A DNA stretch of 40,000 bases from Marinobacter salarius. GTDB lineage: Bacteria > Pseudomonadota > Gammaproteobacteria > Pseudomonadales > Oleiphilaceae. Positions 9,827 to 21,561 of the stretch are shown here, in pieces. Location of the stretch: NCBI RefSeq assembly GCF_032922745.1, contig NZ_CP136693.1, positions 2,514,967 through 2,554,966 on the forward strand, read 5' to 3'. The notes under the pieces are model-generated. The model made no database searches. It saw only the letters and a list, made by a program, of their open reading frames with translations, and was not told the origin of the DNA. The position numbers and the translations under genes were made by a program. Each line of letters starts with the position of its first letter. The stretch's first letter is position 1.

Positions 9827-11209
9827 GTGATTAGAATCTACAACACCCTTAGTCAGCAGAAGGAAGAGTTCAAACCGATAGAGCCGGGAAAGGTTCGCAT
9901 GTACGTCTGTGGCATGACGGTGTATGACTACTGTCATCTGGGCCATGCGCGGGTGTTGGTGGCGTTTGATGTGATCACGCGGTACTTGCGTCACAGCGGC
10001 TACGATGTCCATTACGTGCGCAACATTACCGACATCGACGACAAAATCCTGCGCCGGGCCGACGAGAATGGCGAAGTTTATAGTGACCTCACCAAGCGCA
10101 TGATCAAGGCTATGCACGAGGATGAGGCCAAGCTGGGTGTCCTGTCGCCTACCGAAGAGCCGTGCGCGACCGATTACATTAATGACATTGTGGCCATGAT
10201 CCACAAGCTCGTTTCAAGCGGTCATGCCTATGCCGCTGGCAACGGCGACGTCTATTTCTCCGTCGAGTCGTATTCCGACTACGGCAAGCTCAGCAAGAAA
10301 AAGCTTGAGGATCTGGTGGCCGGTGCCCGCGTAGACGTGCAGGAGGCCAAGCGAAGCCCAGCGGATTTTGTACTTTGGAAAGCCGCCAAAGAGGGTGAGG
10401 TAAGTTGGCCTTCACCTTGGGGTGACGGCCGGCCGGGCTGGCATATCGAATGCTCTGCCATGTCCAATCGCTGTCTCGGCGAGACCTTCGACATCCACGG
10501 CGGTGGGCCGGATTTGTTATTCCCGCACCATGAGAACGAAATTGCCCAGTCCGAGTGCGCCAATGGCCACACATTCGTAAACACCTGGATGCACGCCGGC
10601 GCTATTCGGGTGAACAAGGAGAAAATGTCCAAGTCCCTGGGCAATTTCTTTACCATCCGTGAGATCTTTGAGAAGTATGCGCCGGAGGTGGTGCGTTACT
10701 TCCTGGTGTCCAGTCATTACCGCAGTCAGGTGGATTACTCGGAAGACAATCTCGCGGAAGCAGGGCGTACGCTCACCCGGCTCTATCATGCCCTGCGTGG
10801 TCTGGTACCGGCCAAAAACGTGGCGGAAACGGTACACGACCAGCGCTTTGCTGAGGCCATGAATGACGACTTCAACACCGCAGGAGCCATTGCGGTTCTT
10901 CATGCCGTCGCTAATGAAATCAACCTGGACCGCAGGGAAGGGCGCGACGAAAAGGCTAACCAGCAAGCGGCGGTGCTTGTAAGGCTCGGTGGTGTTCTGG
11001 GTTTGTTGCAGCAGGACCCGGAAGCCTACTTTCAGGCCGATACTGGCGGCGAGCTCAGTGCAGACGACATTGAGGCGATGATCCAGGCCCGTGCCGATGC
11101 GCGAAAGCAGAAAGATTTCGCCGAGGCGGACCGTATAAGGGATGAGTTGGCCGATAAAGGCATTATTCTGGATGACAGTCGCGAAGGCACCAGTTGGCGC
11201 AGAGGATGA
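9827..11209 (+). CDS. cysS: Cysteinyl-tRNA synthetase
   Basis: 460 aa with a GTG start. The N-terminus [17 protein letters not shown] parallels E. coli CysS. HLGH and KMSKS motifs are present. Confidence 0.95.
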   Translation: MIRIYNTLSQQKEEFKPIEPGKVRMYVCGMTVYDYCHLGHARVLVAFDVITRYLRHSGYDVHYVRNITDIDDKILRRADENGEVYSDLTKRMIKAMHEDEAKLGVLSPTEEPCATDYINDIVAMIHKLVSSGHAYAAGNGDVYFSVESYSDYGKLSKKKLEDLVAGARVDVQEAKRSPADFVLWKAAKEGEVSWPSPWGDGRPGWHIECSAMSNRCLGETFDIHGGGPDLLFPHHENEIAQSECANGHTFVNTWMHAGAIRVNKEKMSKSLGNFFTIREIFEKYAPEVVRYFLVSSHYRSQVDYSEDNLAEAGRTLTRLYHALRGLVPAKNVAETVHDQRFAEAMNDDFNTAGAIAVLHAVANEINLDRREGRDEKANQQAAVLVRLGGVLGLLQQDPEAYFQADTGGELSADDIEAMIQARADARKQKDFAEADRIRDELADKGIILDDSREGTSWRRG

Positions 11210-11352
11210 TGTCAACCAAAGGTCGTGTTGTTGGCGCGGGAATGACCTTGTAGGGAAATTCCCGTACAATACCGCCCTCGAATTATAACGGCCCTGGCGG
11301 GTAAATCCGTAAAAAGGGCAGGGAATACAGTAACCCACTGAGGCAAACAACG

Positions 11353-13533
11353 ATGACTGAACGCGTACAAGTCGGCGACCTCCAGGTCGCAAAGAACCTG
11401 TTCGATTTCGTTAATAACGAAGCAATTCCGGGCACGGGTGTCGACGCTGACAAATTCTGGGCCGAGTTCGACAAGATTGCTCACGAATTGGCTCCCCGTA
11501 ATAAAGAGCTGCTCGCCAAGCGCGACGACATCCAGGAGAAAATGGACACCTGGAATCGTGACCACAAGGGCCAGAAGCTCGACATGGCCAAGTACAAGTC
11601 CTTCCTGAAGGATATCGGCTACCTGGCTGATGAGCCCGGCGACTTCAAGATCTCCACCTCAAACGTGGATCCCGAAGTGGCCACCATGGCTGGTCCCCAG
11701 CTTGTGGTTCCGGTGATGAACGCCCGTTTTGCGCTGAACGCTGCCAACGCCCGTTGGGGTAGCCTTTACGACGCACTGTACGGCACCGATGCGATCTCCG
11801 AGGAAAACGGCGCCGAAAAAGGCCGTGGCTACAACCCGGTTCGAGGTGCCAAGGTCATTGAATTTGCGCGCAACCTTCTGGACAGTTCCGCTCCGCTGGC
11901 TTCTGGCAGCCATAAAAACGCAGCCCAGTATCTGGTTGAGGGTGGCAAGCTGGTGGTCAAGTTGCAGAACGGTGAGTCTACTGGTCTGAAAGACGAGTCC
12001 GGCTTTGTGGGTTACACCGGCGCCGCCGATGCACCTACTGGCGTACTGTTGGTCAAGAATGGCATGCACTTCGAGATTCAAATCGATGCCAGCCACCCGA
12101 TCGGAAAGGATGACGGGGCACATGTAAAAGATGTGCTGATGGAGTCAGCTCTGACCACCATCATGGACTGTGAGGATTCTGTCGCTGCCGTAGATGCGGA
12201 TGATAAGGCTCTGGCCTACCGCAACTGGTTGGGCCTGATGAAGGGCGATCTGGAAGAAACCTTCGAGAAAAGCGGCCTGCAAACCACCCGCACAATGCAC
12301 GATGATCGTGCCTACACCAAGCCGGAAGGCGGAGAGCTGGTGCTGAAAGGCCGCAGCTTGATGTTTGTGCGTAACGTAGGTCACCTGATGACCAACCCGG
12401 CCATCCTGCTGAAAGACGGCAGTGAAGTGCCTGAGGGGCTGATGGACGGTCTGATGACCTCGCTGATTGCGATTCACGACCTCAAGAGCACGGGCAAGCT
12501 TCAGAACAGCACTGCTGGCTCGGTTTACATCGTCAAGCCGAAGATGCACGGTCCTGAAGAAGTGGCGTTTACCAATGAATTTTTCGGTCGCGTTGAAGAT
12601 GCGCTTGGCCTGCCGGCTTTCACCCTGAAAGTTGGCATTATGGACGAAGAGCGACGCACCACCGTTAACCTCAAGTCCTGCATCCATGCCGCCAGGGAGC
12701 GTGCCGTGTTCATCAATACCGGCTTCCTTGACCGCACCGGCGACGAGATCCATACCTCCATGGAATTGGGGCCGTTTATCCGCAAGGGGCCGATGAAGCA
12801 GGCTGCCTGGATCCAGGCCTACGAGCAATGGAACGTGGACGTCGGGCTGGAAACCGGTTTCCGTGGTGTTGCCCAGATTGGTAAAGGTATGTGGGCCATG
12901 CCGGACCTGATGGCGGGCATGCTGGAAGCCAAGATTGGTCACCCGAAAGCCGGCGCCAATACCGCATGGGTTCCGTCACCAACAGCGGCTACGCTGCATG
13001 CCACCCATTACCATCAGGTGAGCGTTGCGGATATCCAGCAAGAGCTGGAAAGCCGCACCCGTGCCAACCTGGATGACATCCTGACCGTGCCCGTGATGGA
13101 CGATCCGAAATCCTTGTCGGCAGAAGAAATCCAGCAGGAGCTGGACAACAATGCCCAGGGTATCCTCGGCTATGTGGTGCGCTGGATCGACAGCGGTGTC
13201 GGCTGCTCCAAGGTTCCCGATATCAACGACGTGGGCCTGATGGAAGACCGTGCAACCCTGCGCATTGCTTCGCAGTTGCTGACCAACTGGCTTTACCACG
13301 GCATCTGCACCGAAGAGCAGATCAATGAAACCATGAGGCGCATGGCCGCGGTGGTTGATCGCCAGAACCAGAACGACCCGTCCTACCGCGACATGGCGCC
13401 GGAGTTTGAGGGCAGCATTGCCTTCCAGGCTGCCATGGATCTGGTTCTCAAGGGCCGCGAACAGCCAAATGGCTACACGGAGCCGCTTTTGCATGCCTAT
13501 CGTCTGAAGGCGAAAGAGAAGTACGGTCAGTAA
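11353..13533 (+). CDS. glcB: Malate synthase G
   Basis: 726 aa, the length of the G isoform. The N-terminus ...[18 protein letters not shown] resembles GlcB. Confidence 0.95.
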   Translation: MTERVQVGDLQVAKNLFDFVNNEAIPGTGVDADKFWAEFDKIAHELAPRNKELLAKRDDIQEKMDTWNRDHKGQKLDMAKYKSFLKDIGYLADEPGDFKISTSNVDPEVATMAGPQLVVPVMNARFALNAANARWGSLYDALYGTDAISEENGAEKGRGYNPVRGAKVIEFARNLLDSSAPLASGSHKNAAQYLVEGGKLVVKLQNGESTGLKDESGFVGYTGAADAPTGVLLVKNGMHFEIQIDASHPIGKDDGAHVKDVLMESALTTIMDCEDSVAAVDADDKALAYRNWLGLMKGDLEETFEKSGLQTTRTMHDDRAYTKPEGGELVLKGRSLMFVRNVGHLMTNPAILLKDGSEVPEGLMDGLMTSLIAIHDLKSTGKLQNSTAGSVYIVKPKMHGPEEVAFTNEFFGRVEDALGLPAFTLKVGIMDEERRTTVNLKSCIHAARERAVFINTGFLDRTGDEIHTSMELGPFIRKGPMKQAAWIQAYEQWNVDVGLETGFRGVAQIGKGMWAMPDLMAGMLEAKIGHPKAGANTAWVPSPTAATLHATHYHQVSVADIQQELESRTRANLDDILTVPVMDDPKSLSAEEIQQELDNNAQGILGYVVRWIDSGVGCSKVPDINDVGLMEDRATLRIASQLLTNWLYHGICTEEQINETMRRMAAVVDRQNQNDPSYRDMAPEFEGSIAFQAAMDLVLKGREQPNGYTEPLLHAYRLKAKEKYGQ

Positions 13534-13547
13534 TCAGGGCCGGCGAT

Positions 13548-13576
13548 AAAAAAACCCCGCGAATGCGGGGTTTTTT
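13548..13576. terminator. Bidirectional intrinsic terminator between the convergent glcB and folD
   Basis: aaaaaaa-ccccgc-gaat-gcgggg-tttttt: a hairpin flanked by an A-run and a T-run. Confidence 0.7.
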
Positions 13577-13587
13577 GTGGGGTTAGA

Positions 13588-14445
13588 TCAATCCCTGTGT
13601 AACTCGTTCGCTGCATAGAGCGTGTTCTGTAGTAGCGTGGCAATGGTCATGGGCCCGACGCCACCTGGAACCGGGGTGATGTACGCAGCCCGCTCCGAAG
13701 CCGCTGCGAAATCCACATCCCCGCTCAGCTTACCGTCTTCCATTCGATTGATGCCCACATCAATGACGGTTGCACCGGGCTTGACCCACTCGCCTTTGAT
13801 CAGTCCTGGTTTTCCGACCGCGGCAATCAGAATGTCCGCTTCCCGCACAAATTTCTCAAGGTCGTCGGTAAACCGGTGGCATATCGTCACTGTGGCGCCT
13901 TTGAGTAGCAGTTCCATCGTCATGGGGCGGCCGACGATATTGGAGGCGCCCACGATTACGGCGTGTTGGCCCTTGTAAGGGGTGTCTACGCTGTCCAGTA
14001 GGGTGATGACGCCTGCGGGTGTGCAGGGTCTCAGAGCTGGCTTGCGCTGCATCAGGCGGCCGATGTTGTAGGGGTGGAAGCCGTCCACGTCCTTGTCTGG
14101 GCGAATCTTTACCAGAATGGGGTCTGCATCCATATGGTCGGGCAGGGGGAGTTGCACCAGGATGCCGTCCACATCAGGATTCTCGTTGAGCTCGTCAACC
14201 AATGCCTCCAGGGCTTCCTGTGACGTGTCTTCCGGAAGGTCGTAGGAGAGCGACATGATGCCCGCCTCATCACAGGCCCTGCGTTTATTGCCTACGTATA
14301 CGTGCGAGGCCGGGTCATTCCCTACCAGTACCACAGCCAGCCCAGGAGCACGAAGCCCCTGTTGCCTTCGGGCTTCAGTTCCTGCCGCAACTTGTTGTCG
14401 AACAGCAGCGGCGATATCTTTTCCGTTGATCAGTTTGGCGCTCAT
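13588..14445 (-). CDS. folD: Bifunctional methylenetetrahydrofolate dehydrogenase/methenyl-THF cyclohydrolase
   Basis: 285 aa. [13 protein letters not shown]..., the GRPM motif and [11 protein letters not shown] are typical of FolD. Confidence 0.95.
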   Translation of the reverse strand: MSAKLINGKDIAAAVRQQVAAGTEARRQQGLRAPGLAVVLVGNDPASHVYVGNKRRACDEAGIMSLSYDLPEDTSQEALEALVDELNENPDVDGILVQLPLPDHMDADPILVKIRPDKDVDGFHPYNIGRLMQRKPALRPCTPAGVITLLDSVDTPYKGQHAVIVGASNIVGRPMTMELLLKGATVTICHRFTDDLEKFVREADILIAAVGKPGLIKGEWVKPGATVIDVGINRMEDGKLSGDVDFAAASERAAYITPVPGGVGPMTIATLLQNTLYAANELHRD

Positions 14446-14540
14446 GTCTTTGTCTTGTCGGTTGTGCGAAAATAAAGGCGCAGCATTGTCTCATGCTTGG
14501 GCTCCGTCGCCAATCAATGGGCGAAAACCCCAATTGCGTG

Positions 14541-14569
14541 TTGACGGACCGGTTCGGCGCCGGTAATAT
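14541..14569 (+). promoter_or_regulatory. Sigma70-type promoter of the tRNA operon
   Basis: TTGACG, a 17-nt spacer, then TAATAT, followed by the GC-rich discriminator gcgcgcc. It ends about 40 nt upstream of the first tRNA. Confidence 0.5.
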
Positions 14570-14609
14570 GCGCGCCAACTTTGCTGAGGTATCTGTTGTT
14601 CAGTTGAGA

Positions 14610-14686
14610 CGGGGTATAGCGCAGTCTGGTAGCGCGCCTGCTTTGGGAGCAGGATGTCGGGAGTTCGAATCTCTCTACCCCGACCA
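14610..14686 (+). tRNA. tRNA-Pro (anticodon TGG)
   Basis: Manual cloverleaf: acceptor CGGGGTA/TACCCCG, D-stem GCGC/GCGC, anticodon stem CCTGC/GCAGG with loop TTTGGGA, T-loop TTCGAAT, encoded CCA. Confidence 0.9.
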
Positions 14687-14736
14687 CTTTCTGGTCAGTC
14701 CAGGATATTGAACAGTCAGGTGGGCGAACGGTTTAT

Positions 14737-14813
14737 GCGCTCGTAGCTCAGCTGGATAGAGCATCGGCCTTCTAAGCCGGTGGTCGCAGGTTCGAGTCCT
14801 GCCGGGCGCGCCA
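14737..14813 (+). tRNA. tRNA-Arg (anticodon TCT)
   Basis: Acceptor GCGCTCG/CGGGCGC, D-arm GCTCAGCTGGATAGAGC, anticodon loop CTTCTAA, T-arm GCAGGTTCGAGTCCTGC, encoded CCA. Confidence 0.9.
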
Positions 14814-14906
14814 TACCGCAGACGGTTTGATCCGTCCCGGAGACACCGAATCAGCAAAGTTTACCTGAAGTGCCTGTTGGGGTCTGCCCGGCGGTAGTCT
14901 GGATGT

Positions 14907-14983
14907 GGTGGACGTAGCTCAGTTGGTAGAGCTCAGGATTGTGACTCCTGCGGTCGAGGGTTCGAACCCCTTCGTCCACCCCA
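14907..14983 (+). tRNA. tRNA-His (anticodon GTG)
   Basis: An extra 5' G(-1) pairs with the C discriminator. Acceptor GTGGACG/CGTCCAC, anticodon stem CAGGA/TCCTG with loop TTGTGAC, encoded CCA. Confidence 0.9.
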
Positions 14984-15038
14984 CTTTCCTGCTTGCAGTG
15001 ATCAATGGCTCTTTTAGGTTAAGAATTCCGATTTTTTT

Positions 15039-15123
15039 GCCTCGGTGGTGGAATTGGTAGACACGATAGGTTTAGGTCCTGTTGCCGCAAGGCGTGGGGG
15101 TTCAAGTCCCTCCCGAGGTACCA
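15039..15123 (+). tRNA. tRNA-Leu (anticodon TAG), long variable arm
   Basis: Acceptor GCCTCGG/CCGAGGT, anticodon stem ATAGG/CCTGT with loop TTTAGGT, a long variable arm, T-loop TTCAAGT, encoded CCA. Confidence 0.9.
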
Positions 15124-15132
15124 AATCAAAAA

Positions 15133-15163
15133 CCCTCTCAGATAGTCTGAGGGGGTTTTTTTT
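15133..15163 (+). terminator. Intrinsic terminator of the tRNA operon
   Basis: ccctctcaga-tag-tctgaggggg (10-bp stem including one G-T pair) followed by T8. Confidence 0.8.
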
Positions 15164-15439
15164 ATGGGTTATAAAAAGTGGTTGGAAAGTGATTCCCGTC
15201 GCATTGGAGTGCGCAACCCCCTTTCTTTTTATAGTTTAGTCCCCAAATCTCATTTCAGATGATAGGACGGTGAGGTTGCGTTCCCTGAAACTGCCTGTAA
15301 CTGGTGGATTCTCTCGGCACGGCAAACCGTGATAAACTACCCGCTTTTAAATTTACGTCCTTTTCAGGGAATTCGTCCTGAAATCGATTTTAGCTTTTAT
15401 TTTCATTCACATACCGAACCTGTAATTTGAGGATCTTCC

Positions 15440-16744
15440 ATGCAAGTGTCTGTTGAAACGACCTCCAACATCGAACGTCGGATGACAATCGGTGTGCCCG
15501 CCCAGGAAATCGACCAGGCGGTTCAGAAACGCCTGCAGGAAACCGCTCGCACGGTAAAGATGAACGGTTTCCGCCCGGGCAAGGTGCCCATGCGTGTGGT
15601 GAAGCGTCGTTTTGGTGACAGTGTCCGTCAGGAGATTGTCGGCGAGGTTATGCGCGACAACTACATCAAGGCACTGCAGGAGCAGGACATCAATCCGGCG
15701 GGGTGGCCGAAGTTCGAGCCGAAAACCATGGAAGAGGGCAAGGACCTCGAGTTCGTTGCCATTTTCGAAGTATTGCCGGAAGTGGAGCTGGGTGACTTCA
15801 GCAAGATCTCCGTGGAAAAGCCGAAAGCCGAGATTGCCGATAAAGACGTCGACACCATGATCGACAACCTGCGTCGCCAGCAGGCCACCATGAAGTCGGT
15901 CAAGCGCAAGTCCAAGAACAAGGACGTGGTGCTGATTGATTTTAAAGGCACTGTTGATGGTGAAGAGTTCGAGGGCGGTGCTGCCGAGAACCATAAGCTG
16001 ACCCTTGGCTCCGGCCAGATGATCCCCGGTTTCGAGAAGGGCATCGTTGGCGGCAAAGCCGGTGAAGAGCTTGAGATCGAAGTGACCTTCCCGGAGGACT
16101 ACCAGAACGAAGAGCTGGCGGGCAAGCCGGCTAAATTCGACATCAAGATTCACGAGGTTCAGGAGCCGCAGCTTCCGGAGCTGGATGCTGAATTCTTCAA
16201 GAAATTTGGTATCGACGCTGAAGACGAAGCCACGTTCCGTGAAGAAGTGCAGAAGAACATGGAGCGTGAGCTCAAGCAGGCGGTCTCCAACAAGGTCAAG
16301 AATGACGTGGTTGAAGGGCTTCTTGAAAGCACCGAGCTTGAAGTGCCCGCGTCCCTCGTGGATCAGGAGATCGATCGCCTGCGCCAGGACGCCGTACAGC
16401 GGTTCGGCGGCCAGGTAGACTTCCAGCAGTTGCCCAAGGAAATCTTCGACGAGCAGGCCCGCCGTCGTGTGAAAACAGGCCTTCTGTTCCAGGAAGTGGT
16501 CAAGCAGAATGACCTTAAGGCAGATGCTGCTAAAGTGGATGAAAAGATCCAGGAAATTGCGTCAACGTATGAACAACCTGAAGAGGTTGTGGCGCATTTC
16601 AACAGCAGCCCGGAGCAGAAGCAGCAGATCGAGTCGTCTGTTCTTGAGGATGCGGTTGTTGATCTGATTCTTGGCCAGGCCAAGGTCAAGGAGAAGAAGC
16701 TTAAGTACGAAGAGGCTATCCAGGCCGGTCAGCAGCAGCGTTAA
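15440..16744 (+). CDS. tig: Trigger factor
   Basis: 434 aa starting MQVSVETTSNIERRMTIGVPAQEID..., with an FKBP-type central domain. It holds the conserved position upstream of clpP-clpX-lon. Confidence 0.95.
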   Translation: MQVSVETTSNIERRMTIGVPAQEIDQAVQKRLQETARTVKMNGFRPGKVPMRVVKRRFGDSVRQEIVGEVMRDNYIKALQEQDINPAGWPKFEPKTMEEGKDLEFVAIFEVLPEVELGDFSKISVEKPKAEIADKDVDTMIDNLRRQQATMKSVKRKSKNKDVVLIDFKGTVDGEEFEGGAAENHKLTLGSGQMIPGFEKGIVGGKAGEELEIEVTFPEDYQNEELAGKPAKFDIKIHEVQEPQLPELDAEFFKKFGIDAEDEATFREEVQKNMERELKQAVSNKVKNDVVEGLLESTELEVPASLVDQEIDRLRQDAVQRFGGQVDFQQLPKEIFDEQARRRVKTGLLFQEVVKQNDLKADAAKVDEKIQEIASTYEQPEEVVAHFNSSPEQKQQIESSVLEDAVVDLILGQAKVKEKKLKYEEAIQAGQQQR

Positions 16745-16791
16745 AGATGTCCGGGCCATGACAGATTGGCCCTGGCATGCCTGGGAAGTAG

Positions 16792-16816
16792 AACAGCCGG
16801 TACGTCCGGCTGTTTT
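16792..16816 (+). terminator. Possible weak terminator after tig
   Basis: aacagccgg-tacgt-ccggctgtt hairpin followed by a short tt(c)at run. Confidence 0.35.
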
Positions 16817-16942
16817 CATCTTGGCCCGGTGCTGGCACAGTAATAGCTAATACAGTAGCGATAAGAAAAACGAGGCGTAGCTGATTTATAAGCGGTGGCG
16901 AAAAAACGCCACTCCATTGTCCAGAAGGAGTTCACGCGCATC

Positions 16943-17578
16943 ATGACGCAGACACCAATTGATGGTCCCGCAATGGTTACCAATTCCGGCCTGGTACCAA
17001 TCGTTATCGAGCAGACCGCACGAGGCGAACGTTCTTTTGACATCTTTTCCCGTCTGTTAAAAGAGCGGGTAATCTTCCTGGTGGGCCCGGTTGAAGACCA
17101 TATGGCCAACCTGATTGTGGCTCAGTTGCTGTTCCTGGAGTCCGAGAACCCGGACAAGGACATTCATCTGTACATCAACAGCCCGGGCGGCTCCGTTACT
17201 GCGGGTATGTCTATCTACGACACCATGCAGTTCATCAAGCCCGACGTGGCCACGCTGTGTGTGGGTCAAGCTGCCAGCATGGGCGCGTTCCTGCTGGCGG
17301 GCGGTGCAGAGGGCAAGCGTGCCTGCCTGCCGAATTCGCGGGTGATGATTCATCAGCCGTTAGGCGGTTACCAGGGTCAGGCAACGGATATTGAGATCCA
17401 CACACGTGAGATTCTGAAGATCCGCCACACCCTGAATTCCATCCTGGCTCATCACACCGGTCAGAAGCTGGACACCATCGCCAAGGATACGGACCGTGAT
17501 AATTTCATGGATCCTCAGCAGGCGAAGGACTACGGGCTGATTGATTCTATACTTGATAAGCGTGTACCGAATAAATAA
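16943..17578 (+). CDS. clpP: ATP-dependent Clp protease proteolytic subunit
   Basis: An internal ATG at 16943 of track ORF 16895..17578 gives [45 protein letters not shown]..., which is collinear with E. coli ClpP. The catalytic region [11 protein letters not shown] is present. Confidence 0.9.
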   Translation: MTQTPIDGPAMVTNSGLVPIVIEQTARGERSFDIFSRLLKERVIFLVGPVEDHMANLIVAQLLFLESENPDKDIHLYINSPGGSVTAGMSIYDTMQFIKPDVATLCVGQAASMGAFLLAGGAEGKRACLPNSRVMIHQPLGGYQGQATDIEIHTREILKIRHTLNSILAHHTGQKLDTIAKDTDRDNFMDPQQAKDYGLIDSILDKRVPNK

Positions 17579-17655
17579 TACTGAAGGTAATCGCAACATT
17601 CCCTGCTGGCGTATTGAGGTGAGTGCGCCGGCAAACCAAGCTCAGAGGTATTTCA

Positions 17656-18939
17656 ATGGCAGATGAAAGAAACGGCAGGGGCGACGATAACGGCAAGTTG
17701 CTGTACTGCTCGTTTTGTGGAAAGAGCCAGCATGAAGTCCGTAAGCTCATTGCAGGGCCCTCGGTGTTCATCTGCGACGAGTGCGTCGATCTGTGCAACG
17801 ATATTATCCGGGAGGAAATCCAGGAAAATGCACAGGAAGAGGCCAGTGATCGTCTTCCGACACCCGCTGAAATCCGCGACACGCTGAATGAATACGTGAT
17901 CGGCCAGGACCGGGCCAAGGTGGTGCTATCCGTAGCGGTTTATAACCACTACAAGCGCCTTCGTTATGGTGAGGGCAAAGCCGAGGTAGAACTTGGCAAG
18001 AGTAATATTCTGCTGATCGGCCCGACGGGTAGTGGTAAAACCCTGCTTGCGGAAACGCTGGCTCGAATGCTGAATGTTCCCTTCACCATTGCCGATGCGA
18101 CCACATTGACCGAAGCCGGCTACGTCGGTGAGGACGTCGAGAACATCATCCAGAAGCTTCTGCAGAAATGCGATTATGATGTCGACAAGGCCCAGCGAGG
18201 CATCGTGTACATCGACGAAATTGACAAAATTTCCCGCAAGTCTGACAACCCGTCCATTACCCGGGACGTTTCCGGGGAAGGCGTTCAGCAGGCCCTGCTC
18301 AAGCTGATTGAGGGAACCGTGGCGTCGGTTCCTCCCCAGGGTGGCCGCAAACACCCACAGCAGGAATTCCTGCAGGTGGACACCGGCAACATGCTGTTTA
18401 TCTGCGGCGGCGCCTTTGCCGGCCTGGATAAGGTGATCCAGGAGCGCTCAGAGCGCAGCAGTATCGGTTTCTCTGCGCTGGTGAAGAGTCCGGACGACAC
18501 CAAGAACACGGGCGATATCATAAAGGATGTCGAAACCGAGGACTTGGTCAAGTATGGCCTGATCCCTGAGTTTGTCGGTCGTCTGCCGGTTGTGGCAACT
18601 CTGACGGAACTGGATGAAGAAGCGCTTGTCCAGATACTGACTGAGCCCAAGAACGCTCTGACCAAACAGTACCAGAAGCTGTTTGACATGGAAGGCGTGG
18701 AACTGGACTTTCGAGAAGACGCGCTGCGGGCTGTCGCTCGCAAGGCCATGGAGCGCAAAACGGGCGCCCGTGGTCTTCGTTCCATCATGGAGGCGACATT
18801 GCTGGATACCATGTATCAGATACCGTCTGAGCATGACGTCTCGAAGGTGGTTATCGATGAGAGCGTCATCAGCGGCCAATCCGAGCCCTTCAAAATTTAT
18901 GCGAGCAGCGACCACGCCAAGGCGGTGCCGGAAGATTGA
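17656..18939 (+). CDS. clpX: ATP-dependent Clp protease ATP-binding subunit ClpX
   Basis: An internal ATG at 17656 gives [44 protein letters not shown] (zinc-binding domain). Walker A is GPTGSGKT. Confidence 0.95.
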   Translation: MADERNGRGDDNGKLLYCSFCGKSQHEVRKLIAGPSVFICDECVDLCNDIIREEIQENAQEEASDRLPTPAEIRDTLNEYVIGQDRAKVVLSVAVYNHYKRLRYGEGKAEVELGKSNILLIGPTGSGKTLLAETLARMLNVPFTIADATTLTEAGYVGEDVENIIQKLLQKCDYDVDKAQRGIVYIDEIDKISRKSDNPSITRDVSGEGVQQALLKLIEGTVASVPPQGGRKHPQQEFLQVDTGNMLFICGGAFAGLDKVIQERSERSSIGFSALVKSPDDTKNTGDIIKDVETEDLVKYGLIPEFVGRLPVVATLTELDEEALVQILTEPKNALTKQYQKLFDMEGVELDFREDALRAVARKAMERKTGARGLRSIMEATLLDTMYQIPSEHDVSKVVIDESVISGQSEPFKIYASSDHAKAVPED

Positions 18940-18965
18940 TTCTCCGGTTAGTCGGCGTTTAAAAA

Positions 18966-18986
18966 GGGCGGAAACGCCCTTTTTTT
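18966..18986 (+). terminator. Intrinsic terminator after clpX
   Basis: gggcg-gaaa-cgccc followed by T7. Confidence 0.75.
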
Positions 18987-19030
18987 ATGCCTGCACCGGG
19001 TCGGGAAATGGTGCCTGGGAGCGTAAAAAG

Positions 19031-19057
19031 ATTGCAATTTTTGCTGTCGCCCCAATG
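19031..19057 (+). promoter_or_regulatory. Candidate sigma32 (heat-shock) promoter of lon
   Basis: aTTGCAA, 12-13 nt, then CCCCAATG, compared with the E. coli sigma32 consensus CTTGAAA-N13-15-CCCCATNT. It ends about 40 nt upstream of the lon ATG. Confidence 0.4.
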
Positions 19058-19098
19058 AAGGGTGGTAAGCTGAATCAAACATCGTCAGAGGATTTTCT

Positions 19099-21516
19099 AT
19101 GACCCTGATACCTGAAGAGTCCGTGCAAGAATACCCGCTGTTGCCACTGAGAGATGTGGTGGTGTTCCCGCACATGGTGGTGCCGCTGTTTGTGGGTCGA
19201 GAGAAGTCCATACAGGCACTGGAAGCGGCCATGGAGGGCAACAAGGAAATCCTGCTGGTGGCCCAGAGAGATGCGTCAACGGACGAACCAGGCCCGGATG
19301 ATGTGTTTGCCATGGGTACTGTAGCCACGGTATTGCAAATGCTCAGGTTGCCGGATGGCACTGTTAAGGTCCTGGTGGAGGGCAACGCCCGTGCAACCAT
19401 TACCGGCATCGCTGATGACGAGTATCTCGCCGGTACGGCCATGCTGATGGATGAGGACTCGCTGCCGGCCAAGGAAGAGGAAGTACTGGTCAAAACCCTG
19501 ATGGACGAGTTCGAGAAGTACGTGAAACTCTCCAGGAAAGTGCCCTCGGAAGTCTCTAATGCGCTGACCGGCATCAATGAGCTTGAGCGCCTCGCAGATA
19601 CCATGGCGGCTCATCTGGAACTGAAGATTCCCGAGAAGCAGGAACTCCTCGAAGCCCTCGAGATTCGTCAGCGCGTTGACTTGCTTCTGGGCAAGCTGGA
19701 CGGCGAAATTGATCTGATCGAGGTCGAAAAACGCATCCGCGGCCGCGTCAAGAAACAGATGGAGCGCAGTCAGCGGGAGTACTATCTCAATGAGCAGATG
19801 AAGGCCATCCAGAAGGAGATGGGCAGCCTTGGTGAGGGCAACAACGATTTTGAAGAGCTTGAACAGAAGCTGGAAGAAGCCGGCCTGCCCGAAGAAGCTC
19901 GCAAGAAAACCGAAGCGGAATTGAACAAGCTCAAAATGATGTCACCGATGTCTGCGGAGGCAACGGTTGTGCGTGGTTACATCGACTGGATGCTTGCCAT
20001 TCCGTGGAAAAAGCGCAGCCGGGTTCGTCACGACATCGAGAAGGCCCGCGACATTCTGGATGAGGACCACTACGGTCTGGACGAAGTCAAGAAGCGGATT
20101 CTGGAGTATTTGGCTGTCCAGAGCCGCGTAAAGAAAGTGAAGGGTCCGGTTCTCTGTCTGGTAGGTCCTCCCGGTGTTGGTAAGACGTCTCTTGGCCAAT
20201 CGATCGCCCGCGCAACAAATCGCAAGTACACGCGTATGGCGCTGGGTGGCGTCCGTGATGAGGCGGAGATTCGTGGCCATCGCAAAACCTATATCGGGGC
20301 TTTGCCGGGCAAGTTGCTGCAGAAGCTGTCCAAGGTGGGGGTGAAGAACCCGCTGTTCCTGTTCGACGAGATCGACAAAATGGGCATGGACCATCGCGGC
20401 GACCCGGCATCAGCGTTGCTGGAAGTGCTCGACCCGGAACAGAATCACACCTTCAACGACCATTACCTGGAGGTCGACTACGATCTCTCCGATGTGATGT
20501 TTGTGTGCACGTCGAACTCGATGGACATTCCGCCGGCGCTGCTGGACCGCATGGAAATTATCCGTATTCCCGGGTACACCGAGGACGAGAAGGTCAATAT
20601 TGCGCTGAAGTATCTGTTGCCCAAACAGGTCAAGGCCAATGGCCTGCGGAAAAACGAACTGGACATGCCGGAGCAAACGCTTCGTGACCTGATTCGCTAT
20701 TACACTCGTGAGGCTGGCGTACGCGGCCTTGAGCGTGAGATCGCCAAGATCTGCCGTAAAGTGGTGCGTGATCATGTTGAAAGCGGTGACAAGGCCTCTG
20801 TGACGCTCTCGCCGGAGATGCTGGAAGACTATTCTGGTGTCAAGAAGTTCAAGTATGGCCTGGCCGAAGAGAAGAACCAGGTTGGACAGGTGACGGGTCT
20901 TGCCTGGACCCAGGTTGGTGGTGAGCTGCTGACTCTTGAATGTGCACTGACCAAAGGCAAGGGGCGGGTGGTCAAGACCGGCTCCCTGGGCGATGTGATG
21001 CAGGAGTCAATCCAGGCTGCCCTGACAGTGGTCAGAAGTCGTGCGTTGGGATTGGGTATCAGTGACGATTTCCATGAAAAACACGATCTGCACGTCCACG
21101 TTCCTGAGGGTGCGACGCCAAAAGATGGTCCTAGCGCCGGTATCGGCATGTGCACGGCACTGGTTTCTTCATTGACCCAGATTCCGGTTCGGGCCGATGT
21201 GGCGATGACCGGCGAGATCACCCTGAGGGGGCGCGTGCTGGCCATCGGAGGCCTCAAGGAAAAGCTTCTGGCGGCCCATCGAGGCGGCATCAAGACGGTG
21301 ATTATCCCGGATGAAAATGTTCGAGATCTCAAAGAGATACCGGAGAATATCAAGGAATCACTGGATATCCGACCTGCAAAATGGATTGATGAGGTGCTGG
21401 ACATTGCACTGGCCTATCCGCCCGAGCCACGTGCGGAAGATTCGTCCTCGAAACCGGGTGCTGGTACTCCCCGTGACGATGACGGCGACGCGGCTGAGCG
21501 CATAAATACACATTAA
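19099..21516 (+). CDS. lon: Lon protease
   Basis: 805 aa. The N-terminus ...[27 protein letters not shown] parallels E. coli Lon. Walker A is GPPGVGKTS and the protease serine motif is PKDGPSAG. Confidence 0.95.
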   Translation: MTLIPEESVQEYPLLPLRDVVVFPHMVVPLFVGREKSIQALEAAMEGNKEILLVAQRDASTDEPGPDDVFAMGTVATVLQMLRLPDGTVKVLVEGNARATITGIADDEYLAGTAMLMDEDSLPAKEEEVLVKTLMDEFEKYVKLSRKVPSEVSNALTGINELERLADTMAAHLELKIPEKQELLEALEIRQRVDLLLGKLDGEIDLIEVEKRIRGRVKKQMERSQREYYLNEQMKAIQKEMGSLGEGNNDFEELEQKLEEAGLPEEARKKTEAELNKLKMMSPMSAEATVVRGYIDWMLAIPWKKRSRVRHDIEKARDILDEDHYGLDEVKKRILEYLAVQSRVKKVKGPVLCLVGPPGVGKTSLGQSIARATNRKYTRMALGGVRDEAEIRGHRKTYIGALPGKLLQKLSKVGVKNPLFLFDEIDKMGMDHRGDPASALLEVLDPEQNHTFNDHYLEVDYDLSDVMFVCTSNSMDIPPALLDRMEIIRIPGYTEDEKVNIALKYLLPKQVKANGLRKNELDMPEQTLRDLIRYYTREAGVRGLEREIAKICRKVVRDHVESGDKASVTLSPEMLEDYSGVKKFKYGLAEEKNQVGQVTGLAWTQVGGELLTLECALTKGKGRVVKTGSLGDVMQESIQAALTVVRSRALGLGISDDFHEKHDLHVHVPEGATPKDGPSAGIGMCTALVSSLTQIPVRADVAMTGEITLRGRVLAIGGLKEKLLAAHRGGIKTVIIPDENVRDLKEIPENIKESLDIRPAKWIDEVLDIALAYPPEPRAEDSSSKPGAGTPRDDDGDAAERINTH

Positions 21517-21531
21517 ACCCTCGTTGTATTG

Positions 21532-21561
21532 TTGACATGCGAGAGAGCCCATTGGTATAAC
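21532..21561 (+). promoter_or_regulatory. Candidate sigma70 promoter upstream of hupB
   Basis: TTGACA, an 18-nt spacer, then an extended -10 TGgTATAAC. This would imply a leader of roughly 190 nt. Confidence 0.35.

Noticed and set aside
10517-11392. 291-aa minus-strand ORF
   Set aside because: It is antisense to cysS and runs across the cysS-glcB spacer. It is a shadow frame.
16833-16847. Sigma54-like TGGCAC-N5-TAGC upstream of clpP
   Set aside because: The -12 element deviates from the consensus (TAGC versus TTGC). clpP is not a known RpoN target and no enhancer-binding-protein context is present. A single near-match in 40 kb is expected by chance.
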